Notes under the pieces: generated by a model
What the model was told of the DNA's origin: nothing
Seen by the model: the letters and a program-made list of their open reading frames with translations, nothing else
The model's database searches: none
NCBI GenBank assembly: GCA_045651525.1
Contig: JAZRSO010000031.1
Location: 3,219-67,218, forward strand
Direction of reading: 5' to 3'
Origin: Candidatus Enterousia sp.
GTDB taxonomy: Bacteria > Pseudomonadota > Alphaproteobacteria > Rs-D84
Length of the DNA stretch: 64,000 bases
Translations under genes and position numbers: made by a program
Shown: piece after piece, positions 19,262 to 29,778 of the stretch
How the letters are laid out: each line of letters opens with the position of its first letter
Numbering within the stretch: the first letter of the stretch is position 1

Positions 19262-21670
19262 GTGGCATATATGGCAACACTGACACTTGGAAAATCTGTA
19301 ACAACTGACGCTGTTCGCAGCAAAAAGGGAGATTCCGTTTTTGTTGAACGACGTCGTCGTGTTATCGCACCTGACAGCAAGGAATTGCGTGACGAACCAA
19401 AGGCGCCTGTGGCACAAAAAAATGCCGCAGATGAAAAACTGCGTGCAGTGTTGGCCGCCGCCAAGGCACGTGAAGAAGAACGTAAAAAGCGCGAGGCCGA
19501 AGAAGAAGCCGCACGTGCTGCACGCGCTGCTGAAATCGAACGCGAAAACCGCGAATACGAAAAAGTAAAATCGCAATTAGCGGCACGCGAAACAACACCA
19601 CAGGCATCAGAACCTGCCGAAGAAGCGCCACAAACACGTTCTAAACCTGCACCACAGCAAAAAGTATTTACAAATAACGCTGTTGCTGGGGGCGCGCGTA
19701 AAAATCGTGATAATGACGATGAAGAACGCGGGAATAAGTTTAATAACTCTAAAAAAGACTTTAAGAAGTCTGGCAAAATTCATCTGCGCGACATTGTTAT
19801 CGGTGATGGCGATGACGAGGATGAAATCGGTTTGCGTGGCACAAATCGCCGCCGCTCCGAAGCGTCATTAAAACGTTTCCGCGAAAAAGCACGCGCGGTA
19901 TTTTCTGCCCCACAAAAAGTAGAACGCGTTGTCACATTGGGCGATACAATTACTGTCAAAGATCTGGCTGCTGCAATGGCAGAAAAAGCAGGTAATGTTA
20001 TCAAAAAACTGATGGAAATGGGTATGATGGTATCTGTAAATCAGTCTATTGATGCAGATACAGCAGAACTTATCGCTGGGGAATTTGGTGCAACTGTTAA
20101 ACGCGTTGATGTAAAACCATATGCAGAAATCTTGGAACGTGAACCAAACCCAGAAAACATGACGCCACGCGCGCCTGTTGTTACGGTTGTGGGACACGTT
20201 GACCATGGTAAGACATCACTGTTGGACGCATTCCGTAACGCAAATGTTGCCGCAGGCGAAGCTGGCGGTATTACCCAGCACGTTTCTTCGTACGAAGTTA
20301 AAACACAAACAGGTCCAATGATTACTTTCTTGGACACACCTGGTCACGAAACATTTACTGCTATGCGCGCACGTGGTGCCCAGATGGCAGATATCGTTGT
20401 GTTGGTTGTGGCTGCAAACGATTCAATTATGCCACAGACAATCGAAGCAATAAATCATATTCGCGCGGCCAAGGTTCCATTTATCGTTGCAATCAATAAA
20501 ATTGACCTGCCCGAAGCGAATCCAATGCGCGTAAAAACAGACTTGTTACAACAAGAAGTTCAGGTCGAAGAAATGGGTGGCGATGTTCAATGCGTTGAAA
20601 TTTCTGCAACCAAGAAAATCGGACTGGACAAACTGGAAGAAGCAATCTTGTTACAGGCAGAAATGATGGAATTAAAGGCAGACGCAGAAATGCCAGCTGT
20701 TGCATACGTGGTCGAAGCAAAACAAGAAAAAGGTTTGGGTTCTGTCGCAACTGTCTTGATGCGTCAAGGAACATTGAAAATTGGCGACGTGTTCGTTGTT
20801 GGCGAAACATTTGGTCGTGTTCGTGGCTTGATAAATTCAAACGGCGAACGCGTAAAATCTGTACGTCCTGGTCAGCCTGCAATTGTACTGGGGTTGGACT
20901 CGGTTCCGGGCGCAGGCGATGAACTGCGCGTTATGGAAACAGACGCACAGGCACGCGAAGTTGCTGCATACCGCGCACAAAAGTCCAAAGACAAGGCAAA
21001 CGCAGTTAAACGTTCCAGTTTGGAAGAACTGTTCGCCAAACGTGATGATAACAAAAAACTGATATTGCCAATTATATTGCGTGCAGACGTACAGGGTTCT
21101 GTTGAGGCAATTTCTGACATGGTCAAAGAAATCAATACTGACAAGGTTGGTGTTGAAATACTGTCGTCTGGCGTGGGACAAATCACCGAAGGCGACATCC
21201 GTCTGGCGACTGCATCTGGTGCGATTATTATCGCGTTTAATGTTCGTGCAGATTCTGTGGTTCGCGATATGGCACGTGCAGGTGGCGTTGATATCAGATA
21301 TCACAATGTTGTATATCGTATCACAGACGAAATCAAAGAAATCTTGTCTGGTAAATTGGCACCAGAAAAACGCGAAACATTTATCGGATACGCAGATGTC
21401 ATTGCCCTGTTCACAGTTGGCAAGGGTATCCGCGTTGCAGGTTGCCGTATGACCGAAGGCACCATCAAGAAAGACGCATTTGTGCGACTGTTGCGTAACA
21501 ATGTTGTTATATACGATGGTAAAATCGGACAACTGCGCCGCGAAAAGAACGAAGTCAAAGAAGTTTCTGGTGGTGTTGAATTCGGTATGTCTTTTGATAA
21601 GTATAACGACCTAAAAGAAGGCGACCGGGTCGAATGTTACGAAGTTGAAGAAGTTCGTGCAGAAATCTAA
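19262..21670 (+). CDS. infB: translation initiation factor IF-2
   Basis: G domain [24 protein letters not shown]. Start is either GTG 19262 or ATG 19271. Confidence 0.95.
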   Translation: MAYMATLTLGKSVTTDAVRSKKGDSVFVERRRRVIAPDSKELRDEPKAPVAQKNAADEKLRAVLAAAKAREEERKKREAEEEAARAARAAEIERENREYEKVKSQLAARETTPQASEPAEEAPQTRSKPAPQQKVFTNNAVAGGARKNRDNDDEERGNKFNNSKKDFKKSGKIHLRDIVIGDGDDEDEIGLRGTNRRRSEASLKRFREKARAVFSAPQKVERVVTLGDTITVKDLAAAMAEKAGNVIKKLMEMGMMVSVNQSIDADTAELIAGEFGATVKRVDVKPYAEILEREPNPENMTPRAPVVTVVGHVDHGKTSLLDAFRNANVAAGEAGGITQHVSSYEVKTQTGPMITFLDTPGHETFTAMRARGAQMADIVVLVVAANDSIMPQTIEAINHIRAAKVPFIVAINKIDLPEANPMRVKTDLLQQEVQVEEMGGDVQCVEISATKKIGLDKLEEAILLQAEMMELKADAEMPAVAYVVEAKQEKGLGSVATVLMRQGTLKIGDVFVVGETFGRVRGLINSNGERVKSVRPGQPAIVLGLDSVPGAGDELRVMETDAQAREVAAYRAQKSKDKANAVKRSSLEELFAKRDDNKKLILPIILRADVQGSVEAISDMVKEINTDKVGVEILSSGVGQITEGDIRLATASGAIIIAFNVRADSVVRDMARAGGVDIRYHNVVYRITDEIKEILSGKLAPEKRETFIGYADVIALFTVGKGIRVAGCRMTEGTIKKDAFVRLLRNNVVIYDGKIGQLRREKNEVKEVSGGVEFGMSFDKYNDLKEGDRVECYEVEEVRAEI

Positions 21671-21672
21671 AC

Positions 21673-21696
21673 ATCCCCCAAACGGGGGATTTTTTT
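21673..21696 (+). terminator. intrinsic terminator after infB, same hairpin as after groEL
   Basis: aTCCCCCaaacGGGGGAttttttt. Confidence 0.8.
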
Positions 21697-21715
21697 ATGT
21701 TTTTACAAAATAAAG

Positions 21716-21744
21716 TTGAAAATCCAAATAAAATACAATAGAAT
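21716..21744 (+). promoter_or_regulatory. sigma70-type promoter of cassette 2
   Basis: TTGAAA-17-TAGAAT, identical to 12368..12396. Confidence 0.55.
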
Positions 21745-21985
21745 CCGCCTTGAACGAACAGGGATGTCCGTTCGGGGCCTTCATAAGCCCAGCTAAAATC
21801 AGTGTCAAAAAAAACGACACTGCATCCGTCAGGTACAAGGCGCGGATGCGTCTTTTATATTCCCCAACCGCGTGGTCGGGGAGCCGTCAGTGTATACAAC
21901 AGGGTTTCCCGAAGACTGACGGGATCAATATTTTAGCTGATTTATGAACTCCCCGACCATCATTCCTGTGATGGTCTTTTTTTTA
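21745..21985 (+). promoter_or_regulatory. structured 5' leader RNA with terminator, copy B
   Basis: Near-identical to 12397..12637 apart from a few substitutions. Four of these preserve pairing in helix 21790..21799/21930..21939. Terminator hairpin 21955..21976 + T8. Confidence 0.65.
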
Positions 21986-22007
21986 CAAAAAAATGGAGTT
22001 GATAAAA

Positions 22008-25000
22008 ATGTTTAAAAAGCATAGTTGGGAATATAAATTATTATCAAAATCAAAGGAATTCAATAAAAAATGGTATTTACAAACATACCCTGATGTGGCC
22101 AAGGCAAAAGTTGACCCAATTGAACATTATATCAACCACGGCTGGAAAGAAGGAAGAAATCCTGGCCCAACTTTCAATACAGTCTCTTATCTTACATTAA
22201 ATCCGGACGTTCGTAATGCAAATATAAACCCATTGATTCATTGGGAACGTTTTGGCAGGCAAGAAGGACGTAACACAGGTACCAATTATGGACAAGTGCC
22301 AAAACAACAAAATAAAACCGTAAAAATTGTTGATGCCGTAATATTTCCAAAGGATGCAAAAAAATATACCTATGACACCAAAAATATTAAAACAAATAAA
22401 AAATATAAAAGAATTGCTGTTTTTGCGTCTTATTCGGGTGATGGCACAATTGCAGACTATGTTGTTTACTATTTAAAAGAATTGAAAAAGGTTTGCGACG
22501 CTATTGTTTTTGTTGCAGACAATCCAATAATCCCAGCGGAGGCCGAAAAAATAAAAGATATTGTCATATATGCCCAATTTGAACGTCATAACGAATATGA
22601 CTTTGGTTCATATAAACGCGGTTATATATGGTTAAAAAAACAAGGATTATTGAAACGTTGTGATGAATTGTTGTTGTGTAATGATTCTTGCTATGGCCCT
22701 GTGTATCCATTCAAGGATGTCTTTGATAAAATGTCTAAAAAAGATTGTGATTTTTGGGGGATGATACAAAACGATGATGTAAAATATCATTTGCAATCTT
22801 GGTTTTATCTCTTTAAACATAATGTTTTAACGTCCAGATTGTTGGATAAATTTTTTGAAAAAGTACAACATCAAAATAGTTTTTGGGATTATGTTTTTAA
22901 ATATGAATTTGAACTAACAAGATTCTTAATAGACAACGGGTTTGTCGCAGACGCTTTTCTAGATTTAAAATTAAAAGATTTAGAATGGCTCTATACAAAA
23001 AGTGGATACGGCAATATAACTGTCGCTCCCCTGACATTGATTCAAAATTACAACTTCCCATTTATTAAGATAAAATGCTTTACCAATGGTTTTACATATG
23101 CTTTAGAAGAACAGCCTAGACAAGTTTTAGATTTCTTAAAAACAGCAAATCGAATATTGTATGATTTGATTATAAAAGATCTAAAACGCAGAAAGGTTTA
23201 TTCAAATATTCTGAATACAGATATAGATTTTCAGATAAAAAATCACGACATAATATCGTTTGATATATTTGATACATTATTAATACGTCCGTATGTTCAG
23301 CCAACTGATTTGTTTTATCATATGGAAAAGATTTATAATATTCCTGGATTCGCTGACGCTCGTATAAAAGCCGAATTATACGCCAGAGAAAAATCAAATA
23401 AAAAAGATATAACATTCGATGAAATATATGAAAATCTATTGCCAAAATATCAAAAATTAAAAGCAACAGAATTGCAAATGGAACAAAATTGTTTACAAGC
23501 AAATCCGTTGGTTTTTGATATTTATCAAAAAGCACTCAAACAAAACAAAACGATCATTATTGTATCTGATATGTACTTGTCTTCAAAATTTTTAAAACAA
23601 GTGTTACAACAAAAAGGATATGAAAAAATTGATGACATTTATGTTTCGGGGGAATATGGAAAAACAAAGGGCGACGGCAGCCTGTTTGAACATATATTGA
23701 AAAAACTTGCTATAAAACCCGAAAAAATGTTGCATATTGGCGACAATCACTACAGCGACATAAAAAAACCAAGAGAATACGGTATAAGTGCATATCAAGT
23801 ACCAAAATATATTGACTTATTCTTTATGCATGGTGGCAATTTAAAATACAAGCAATTTTATGAAACTCAGCCAGATTTTATGCGCAGTTATATTGTGGCT
23901 TTGATTGCACAAAATCAAATGACCAACAAAATGTCTTATTGGCAACAAATTGGTTATAGTTTGGCAGGCCCCTTATGTTTGGGTTATACGCAAATGATAG
24001 CCAAAGAAACAAAACTAAATGATATTGATACATTATTATTCGTTTCACGCGATGGTTATTTATTACAAAAAGCATACAATAAAATTTGCAATAAACCCGT
24101 CGAAAATCGATACATATATGCACCTAGAATATTAAATCTGAAATTATTTGGGGATCATGGAAATCAACCTCATTATATTCAATCGTATATGGATATATTA
24201 TTAAAAAACATTCCGGATTTAAATATTAACACAAACAAACAAACAATAGACTTCAAACAACGTAAGATTGTTGATTGGCATACAAAAAACAAAACTGAAT
24301 ACGAAGCTTATATTAAAACGTTAAAAATTTACGGAACAAATATCGCATCAGTAGATATGACAACTGGCGCATATACATCGCAAAAAATATTAGAGCGAGT
24401 ATTCAAAGATAGATATAAAATGTCTTTTTATAGTGCTTGTTTCGTTAAACGTCCAGAATATAAACATGTTTCTTATTTGCCGGATTTAATATTTCCTGCT
24501 GCACAAGAAAATATTATCAATTTAACAGAATTGTTAATAACAGCACCAGAACTGCCTGTGGTTGATATAAAAGATAAAAAACCTGTATACAAAAAATCAA
24601 ATGCACATGATGAATATCGTATAAAAATTATACAATCCATAGAACAAGGCGTGATGAAATTTATAGATGATTTCTGTATAAAATGCGGCACTATAATAAA
24701 AGACGATATGTGCGAAATTCCTGTACATGATGTCTGGTTTTTACTGGAGTCCTATTGTAGGTTTTTATCAAATACTGATAAATCATATCTTAAACATGTG
24801 TATCACAGTGCAGATATTGAGAATAAAGAATTTGTTTCAATGTTAGATAAGATAATACAACAGTACGAGCCAGAACAATCTGTACATATGCAACACACAC
24901 AAGAGCATGTACAAAAACAAAAAAATAAGAGACACAAATTAAAGCCATATTTATTATTTCCATACTATTTACTGGCTACTCTGGTTATGAAATATATTTT

Positions 25001-25025
25001 ATTACCAATAAAAAAACGAAAATAA
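22008..25025 (+). CDS. giant polysaccharide-modification protein: N-terminal NPDV/EGR repeats + rhamnan-synthesis-F (RgpF)-like domain + HAD-like domain + C-terminal anchor
   Basis: YPDVAKAKVDPIEHYINHGWKEGRNP and NPDVRNANINPLIHWERFGRQEGRN. RgpF-like: IAVFASYSGDG..LLCNDSCYGPVYPF..DFWGM. HAD: ISFDIFDTLLIRPY..IGDNHYSDI. Ends with KPYLLFPYYLLATLVMKYILLPIKKRK. The track ORF starts at 21993, but ATG 22008 has SD GGAG. Confidence 0.8.
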   Translation: MFKKHSWEYKLLSKSKEFNKKWYLQTYPDVAKAKVDPIEHYINHGWKEGRNPGPTFNTVSYLTLNPDVRNANINPLIHWERFGRQEGRNTGTNYGQVPKQQNKTVKIVDAVIFPKDAKKYTYDTKNIKTNKKYKRIAVFASYSGDGTIADYVVYYLKELKKVCDAIVFVADNPIIPAEAEKIKDIVIYAQFERHNEYDFGSYKRGYIWLKKQGLLKRCDELLLCNDSCYGPVYPFKDVFDKMSKKDCDFWGMIQNDDVKYHLQSWFYLFKHNVLTSRLLDKFFEKVQHQNSFWDYVFKYEFELTRFLIDNGFVADAFLDLKLKDLEWLYTKSGYGNITVAPLTLIQNYNFPFIKIKCFTNGFTYALEEQPRQVLDFLKTANRILYDLIIKDLKRRKVYSNILNTDIDFQIKNHDIISFDIFDTLLIRPYVQPTDLFYHMEKIYNIPGFADARIKAELYAREKSNKKDITFDEIYENLLPKYQKLKATELQMEQNCLQANPLVFDIYQKALKQNKTIIIVSDMYLSSKFLKQVLQQKGYEKIDDIYVSGEYGKTKGDGSLFEHILKKLAIKPEKMLHIGDNHYSDIKKPREYGISAYQVPKYIDLFFMHGGNLKYKQFYETQPDFMRSYIVALIAQNQMTNKMSYWQQIGYSLAGPLCLGYTQMIAKETKLNDIDTLLFVSRDGYLLQKAYNKICNKPVENRYIYAPRILNLKLFGDHGNQPHYIQSYMDILLKNIPDLNINTNKQTIDFKQRKIVDWHTKNKTEYEAYIKTLKIYGTNIASVDMTTGAYTSQKILERVFKDRYKMSFYSACFVKRPEYKHVSYLPDLIFPAAQENIINLTELLITAPELPVVDIKDKKPVYKKSNAHDEYRIKIIQSIEQGVMKFIDDFCIKCGTIIKDDMCEIPVHDVWFLLESYCRFLSNTDKSYLKHVYHSADIENKEFVSMLDKIIQQYEPEQSVHMQHTQEHVQKQKNKRHKLKPYLLFPYYLLATLVMKYILLPIKKRK

Positions 25026-25048
25026 AATCCCCCGTTTGGGGGATTTTT
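25026..25048 (+). terminator. intrinsic terminator, inverted copy of the infB terminator hairpin
   Basis: aaaTCCCCCgtttGGGGGAttttt. Confidence 0.8.
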
Positions 25049-25223
25049 ATTGATTTTGTAAATATTATGTTTTATAATTTGCATATGTTTAACAGCAAAT
25101 TTATCTTTTCTGTAAATAAATGTTGGCGCGTTGCCGCCTGATATTTTTTATACCCTGCTCTATTTTGGGCTTTCATTTTTAGCAAAAATTCATTAAAATT
25201 AAACACAAGAAAAGGTAATTATT

Positions 25224-26222
25224 ATGTCAAGTACAGAAAAAATCGTTTTAACTGGTATTAAACCAACTGGAATGCCACATATCGGTAATTATATCGGCGC
25301 ATTAAAGGCACTGATTGAACAGTCACAAACGCAAAAAACATTCGTTTTTATTGCTGATTTACATGCGCTAAATTTGGTTCATGATGCAAAAGTAATACGC
25401 GAACATACGTACCAGGCGGCAGCCCTGCTGATTTCATTGGGGCTAAATCTGGAAAACGCAATCCTGTTCCGTCAGTCTGATATTGATGAAATATATCAAT
25501 TAAATACGTTGTTGATGAATGTCACACCAAAGGGGCTGATGAACCGTGCCCATTCGTACAAGGCCGCAATGGATAAAAACACCGCAAATGGCGAAGATAT
25601 TGATGCAGGTGTCAATATGGGGCTGTACACATACCCGATTTTGATGACTGCGGATATATTGTTGTATAATTCTGATATCGTGCCGGTTGGCGCAGATCAA
25701 AAACAGCACGTTGAATTTGCACGTGATATCGCAGGTTATTTCAATAAAACATACGGTGAAATATTCAAAATGCCAACACCTGTAATTGGTCGTGATACCG
25801 GTTTAATCCCTGGTCTGGATGGCAGAAAGATGAGCAAGTCTTATGACAACACAATTCCACTGATGGCGCCTGAAAAGGAACTGAGAAAAAAGATTATGCG
25901 AATTATCACAGATTCTAAAACACCAGAAGAAGCAAAAAATCCTGATGAATCTACGATTTATCAATTGTATAAGCATTTTGCGTCTGAATCTGAAATCGCA
26001 GAATTCGCAGATATGTTCCGTCGTGGTGGCATGGGATACGGCACCGCAAAAACAATCTTGTTTGACAAGGTAAATTCTGTATTGGCCGAACCACGCGCAG
26101 AATACGAAAGGCTGATGGCAAATACAGACGAAATTGAAAAAATATTGGCCGATGGCGCCGCGCGCGCAAAACCTGTTGCAACAAAAACACTGCAACGCGT
26201 CAAAAAGGCTATGTTGGGATAA
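25224..26222 (+). CDS. trpS: tryptophan--tRNA ligase
   Basis: Class I motifs: TGMPHIGNY (HIGH-like) and KMSKS. Confidence 0.95.
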   Translation: MSSTEKIVLTGIKPTGMPHIGNYIGALKALIEQSQTQKTFVFIADLHALNLVHDAKVIREHTYQAAALLISLGLNLENAILFRQSDIDEIYQLNTLLMNVTPKGLMNRAHSYKAAMDKNTANGEDIDAGVNMGLYTYPILMTADILLYNSDIVPVGADQKQHVEFARDIAGYFNKTYGEIFKMPTPVIGRDTGLIPGLDGRKMSKSYDNTIPLMAPEKELRKKIMRIITDSKTPEEAKNPDESTIYQLYKHFASESEIAEFADMFRRGGMGYGTAKTILFDKVNSVLAEPRAEYERLMANTDEIEKILADGAARAKPVATKTLQRVKKAMLG

Positions 26223-26246
26223 AATATAATATAGGAGAGAGAATAT

Positions 26247-26963
26247 ATGAAACGCATACTAACTTTTGTCGGAATATTCTTGGTTGTTTTGATATCTGTT
26301 ATACTGCTAAATCGTGATGATATTACACGCACAATTACTGTTAGTGGCGAATGCCTGACATCTGCACCACGTGATAAAACCGCAATTACACTGCGCGTGA
26401 CAACACTGGCGGACAGTGCTGCACAATCAATGCGCGATGCAACCGCACAAATGGCAGAAATTACAGAATATCTGAAATCACAGCCGGTGGAAATGCAGAC
26501 AACGCAATTTAATTCTTATGAAAAAACAGAATGGAATCGTGATGAACAAAAATCTGTGGTTCTGGGGATTGAAACAACCGTCGCAGTCGAAGTTTCTGCC
26601 AACAATGTTACAGAAATTGAAAATGTCTTGAATGCATTTGCCGACAAACCAAATGTGTTTTCTGAAAACCTGCGTATGTACACCAGCCCAGAAGTATTAA
26701 AACCCATAATGGAAAAATGTCTGTCGGTGGCGGTTGAAAACGCACGTGTACGCGCAAACGCATTGGCGTCTGGCGACAACAGACGTGCAGGACGTTTGTT
26801 ATCTGTATCATACGGCAACGCAAACCAATCAACCCCAGAAAATGGACTGTTACGAACAAAAATGGTTACAGCATCCGCAATGGCGGATACCGCCACAGGC
26901 ACAATCATCAGCAAAGACACGGATGTTTCTGTGTCTGTGTCCGCAACATTTGAAATTAAATAA
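26247..26963 (+). CDS. SIMPL (DUF541) domain periplasmic protein
   Basis: N-terminal TM/signal, then ITVSGE..APRDKTAITLRV and C-terminal VSVSVSATFEIK, typical of the SIMPL family. Confidence 0.7.
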   Translation: MKRILTFVGIFLVVLISVILLNRDDITRTITVSGECLTSAPRDKTAITLRVTTLADSAAQSMRDATAQMAEITEYLKSQPVEMQTTQFNSYEKTEWNRDEQKSVVLGIETTVAVEVSANNVTEIENVLNAFADKPNVFSENLRMYTSPEVLKPIMEKCLSVAVENARVRANALASGDNRRAGRLLSVSYGNANQSTPENGLLRTKMVTASAMADTATGTIISKDTDVSVSVSATFEIK

Positions 26964-26972
26964 GGATACACC

Positions 26973-27884
26973 TTGAACGATGCGGTTACAGAATTTATAG
27001 AATATTTAATTCATACGAAAAACTATTCGTCGCATACTGCAACCGCATACGAAGGTGATATTTCTGATTTTCTGAAATTCTATCAAGATTTCTTGGGCAC
27101 ACCACCCTTTCCGCGTGATTTATCACGGGCAGATACATTGTGTTTTCGTTCGTATCTGGCAAATCGACAACGGCGTGGTCTGTCGCACAAATCGACGGCA
27201 CGTGCATTGTCGTCACTGCGTGGGTTTTATAAATTCTTGGCACGAAAATACGATGTAAAAAATAATGCAATCGGGCTGATTTCTTCGCCAAAGGTTCCGC
27301 GAAAACTGTCCAAGGCAATTGACCCCATTGATATTGAACATATGCACGGGGCAATTCGCGATATTGACGCCGCAGAACCATGGCTGGCGGCACGTGATTG
27401 GGCATTGGTTTTGCTGTTATTTGGGTGTGGCCTGCGTATTTCCGAGGTATTATCACTGACCAACAGTGATGTTCGTGGCCACCCAGACGTGTTGCGAATA
27501 ACAGGTAAAGGGAACAAAGAACGACTGGTGCCTGTGTTGCCGGCCGTGTGGGTTGCGATTGATAAATATATCAATGTACGCCCATTTGGCAATATGCCCA
27601 ATGACGAACTGTTTCGCAGTGTTCGCGGCCTGCCAATGACACCACGTATGGCGCAAAAGGTTGTGGAAAACCTGCGTCATTATCTGCAATTACCAGATTA
27701 TGTAACACCACACGCATTACGTCATACGTTTGCAACCGCCCTGTTGGCAGGTGGCGCAGATTTGCGCAGTCTGCAAGAATTGTTGGGACATTCATCCCTG
27801 TCCACAACACAATTATACACCAAGGTAAACATGGCGGAAATCACAAATATTTATGCCAACGCACATCCGCGCGCACACGATTAA
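26973..27884 (+). CDS. tyrosine recombinase, XerC/XerD type
   Basis: N-terminal core-binding pattern YL..TKNYSSHTATAYEGDISDFLKF. Catalytic HALRHTFAT..LLGHSSLSTTQLYT. TTG start. Confidence 0.85.
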   Translation: MNDAVTEFIEYLIHTKNYSSHTATAYEGDISDFLKFYQDFLGTPPFPRDLSRADTLCFRSYLANRQRRGLSHKSTARALSSLRGFYKFLARKYDVKNNAIGLISSPKVPRKLSKAIDPIDIEHMHGAIRDIDAAEPWLAARDWALVLLLFGCGLRISEVLSLTNSDVRGHPDVLRITGKGNKERLVPVLPAVWVAIDKYINVRPFGNMPNDELFRSVRGLPMTPRMAQKVVENLRHYLQLPDYVTPHALRHTFATALLAGGADLRSLQELLGHSSLSTTQLYTKVNMAEITNIYANAHPRAHD

Positions 27885-28720
27885 AGCACTTTGTTCAAAC
27901 CAACCAGTTTTACACCAAAACTATCCGCATACGCCTTGGCTTCAGTGAAATATTTACAGACATGGCTGATATGATGTGCGTCATCTGATAAAAACATTGG
28001 TATTTGCTTGTCCGCACACATTTTCATGATACGTGGTGACGGATGTGGATGGGTGCCATATTTATATAATGCGGTATTTATTTCCACAGGAATTTTTGCC
28101 TGGGCAATAATATCTGTTGTTTTTTGTTCCGCATCAATCCATTTTTCATCACCGCCCAAGCCCAAACGACTGGGCAAATCAATGTGCGCTAAAAAAGTAC
28201 ATAATCCAGATTTCGCAATCCATTGAACCTTGCGCCAATATGCGGCCAGCATTTTATCTTGGTCATCCGCAGGTGCATTTTTTATGTCATGTATATTACA
28301 CAGACGACCACCATATTCAATCAAATGACATGCCCCAATAATATAATCTGGATTTAATACACGGCGCATATTTTTATACCCGTTGCGCCAGTCCCGGTTG
28401 TCAAACAAATCTAATTCCATACCACGTAATACAGTTATGTTTTTCTGGCTGTAATTCCATGCTATCATATCCAACACATCATAATGTCGTCGAAATTCAG
28501 ACAACGCATCGTTAAACGTTTTATTGTAAATTCTGGAATACCCACCAGATATAGCACGCGGATAAAACGCAGATTGCGTCACATATGGATGAACAATTAA
28601 ATGATTGGATATGCCAACTGTGCGCATACCACATTCTGTGGCACGTTCAATCATTTCGGTGATATTGTTTTTACCGTCAAAGCCAATAGTATGTGTATGT
28701 AAAGTAAAATCTTGAACCAT
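27881..28720 (-). CDS. PHP-domain phosphoesterase (HisJ-like histidinol-phosphatase family)
   Basis: N-terminal HTHTIGFDG metal motif. Later H/D residues (ISNHL, LAHIDL, LSDDAHH). Confidence 0.7.
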   Translation of the reverse strand: MVQDFTLHTHTIGFDGKNNITEMIERATECGMRTVGISNHLIVHPYVTQSAFYPRAISGGYSRIYNKTFNDALSEFRRHYDVLDMIAWNYSQKNITVLRGMELDLFDNRDWRNGYKNMRRVLNPDYIIGACHLIEYGGRLCNIHDIKNAPADDQDKMLAAYWRKVQWIAKSGLCTFLAHIDLPSRLGLGGDEKWIDAEQKTTDIIAQAKIPVEINTALYKYGTHPHPSPRIMKMCADKQIPMFLSDDAHHISHVCKYFTEAKAYADSFGVKLVGLNKVL

Positions 28721-28722
28721 AT

Positions 28723-29262
28723 TTAGAATTTAACCTGTGGTGCAACTTTTTCAGTTTCATCGATTTCAAACATTTTTTCTGGCTGAATATTAAACATATT
28801 TGCAACCAGGTTTGATGGGAATTGTTCAATTTGGGTATTTAGCCCCATAACCACAGAATTATAAAACTGACGTGTGGCTTGGATTTTTGTTTCTGTATCT
28901 GCTAATTCGCGCTGTAATTCCAAGAAATTCTGATTAGCTTTTAATTCTGGATAATTTTCAGCAACCGCAAACAGACTTTTCAATGTCTGTGAAATTTTAT
29001 TCTGGGTATCTGCACTGGCCACGCCACCCTGTTCCATCGCCAAGTTACGCGCACGGGTCAATTCTGCCAATGTTTCTTTTTCGTGTTTTGCAGCGCCACG
29101 TACTGTTTCAATTAAATTAGGAATCAAATCATATCTGCGCTTTAATTGTGTATCTACGGTCGCCCATGCTTCGCGTACCTGATTGCGACGTGCGACAAGA
29201 GTGTTATAAATAGAAATGAAATACAATACAAAAATAACAACAACAGCAACAGCAGTCCACAT
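28723..29262 (-). CDS. lemA: LemA family membrane protein
   Basis: TM followed by YNTLVARRNQVREAWATVDTQLKRRYDLIPNL. Start set to ATG 29262 with SD AAAGGAG. Confidence 0.85.
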   Translation of the reverse strand: MWTAVAVVVIFVLYFISIYNTLVARRNQVREAWATVDTQLKRRYDLIPNLIETVRGAAKHEKETLAELTRARNLAMEQGGVASADTQNKISQTLKSLFAVAENYPELKANQNFLELQRELADTETKIQATRQFYNSVVMGLNTQIEQFPSNLVANMFNIQPEKMFEIDETEKVAPQVKF

Positions 29263-29374
29263 ATTAAAACTCCTTTGGTTTATGACTTTCATTATATAAC
29301 CACGGATTCCATTTTCAATAAAAAAACGCCCCAATGCACGGGGCGCAGACATGAAACTTTATTGTTATACGCAA

Positions 29375-29587
29375 TTAACGTTCGCGTGATACAGGGCGGT
29401 CAATGAACATCCATATCAGCCATATCAACGCAGCAATACCGATAAGTGCATATACGATGTTACTGGCCAGTGTTGCTGGGCCAAATAAAAATGCAACCAA
29501 GTCAAAACCAAAGATACCAACCAATCCCCAGTTCAGGGCACCGATAAATGTCAATGGTATAAGAACATAGTTCGTTAGTCCTCTCAT
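29375..29587 (-). CDS. DUF378 small membrane protein
   Basis: IGALNWGLVGIFGFDLVAFLFG. Start ATG 29587 with SD AAGGAG. Confidence 0.75.
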   Translation of the reverse strand: MRGLTNYVLIPLTFIGALNWGLVGIFGFDLVAFLFGPATLASNIVYALIGIAALIWLIWMFIDRPVSRER

Positions 29588-29778
29588 CTCTTTTTTCTCC
29601 TTTTCAAGGTTTGTTTTGTCTTTGTATAAGACATGCATATTATAAAACTTTTATTTAGATCTTGCAATCGCAATACATCATTTAGGAAAAGGTACCTATA
29701 CCGCGTAAAACATACAACATACAGAAACATATTGCCGCAGAAAATCAAAACAAAATCAAACGCCCAAATGGGCGTTTT

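Noticed and set aside
19165-21532. Long antisense ORFs inside infB (19165..19776, 203 aa; 20837..21532, 231 aa), with similar ones in groEL, ftsH, nusA and prmC (31236..31919)
   Set aside because: They lie opposite well-supported conserved genes, give low-complexity or Cys/Arg-rich translations, and have no SD. This is the typical shadow-ORF pattern.
26973-27884. The tyrosine recombinase as the integrase of a genomic island
   Set aside because: Its sequence pattern and length fit housekeeping XerC/XerD. There is no adjacent tRNA, att repeat or cargo, and it is about 7 kb from the tRNA-Arg scars.
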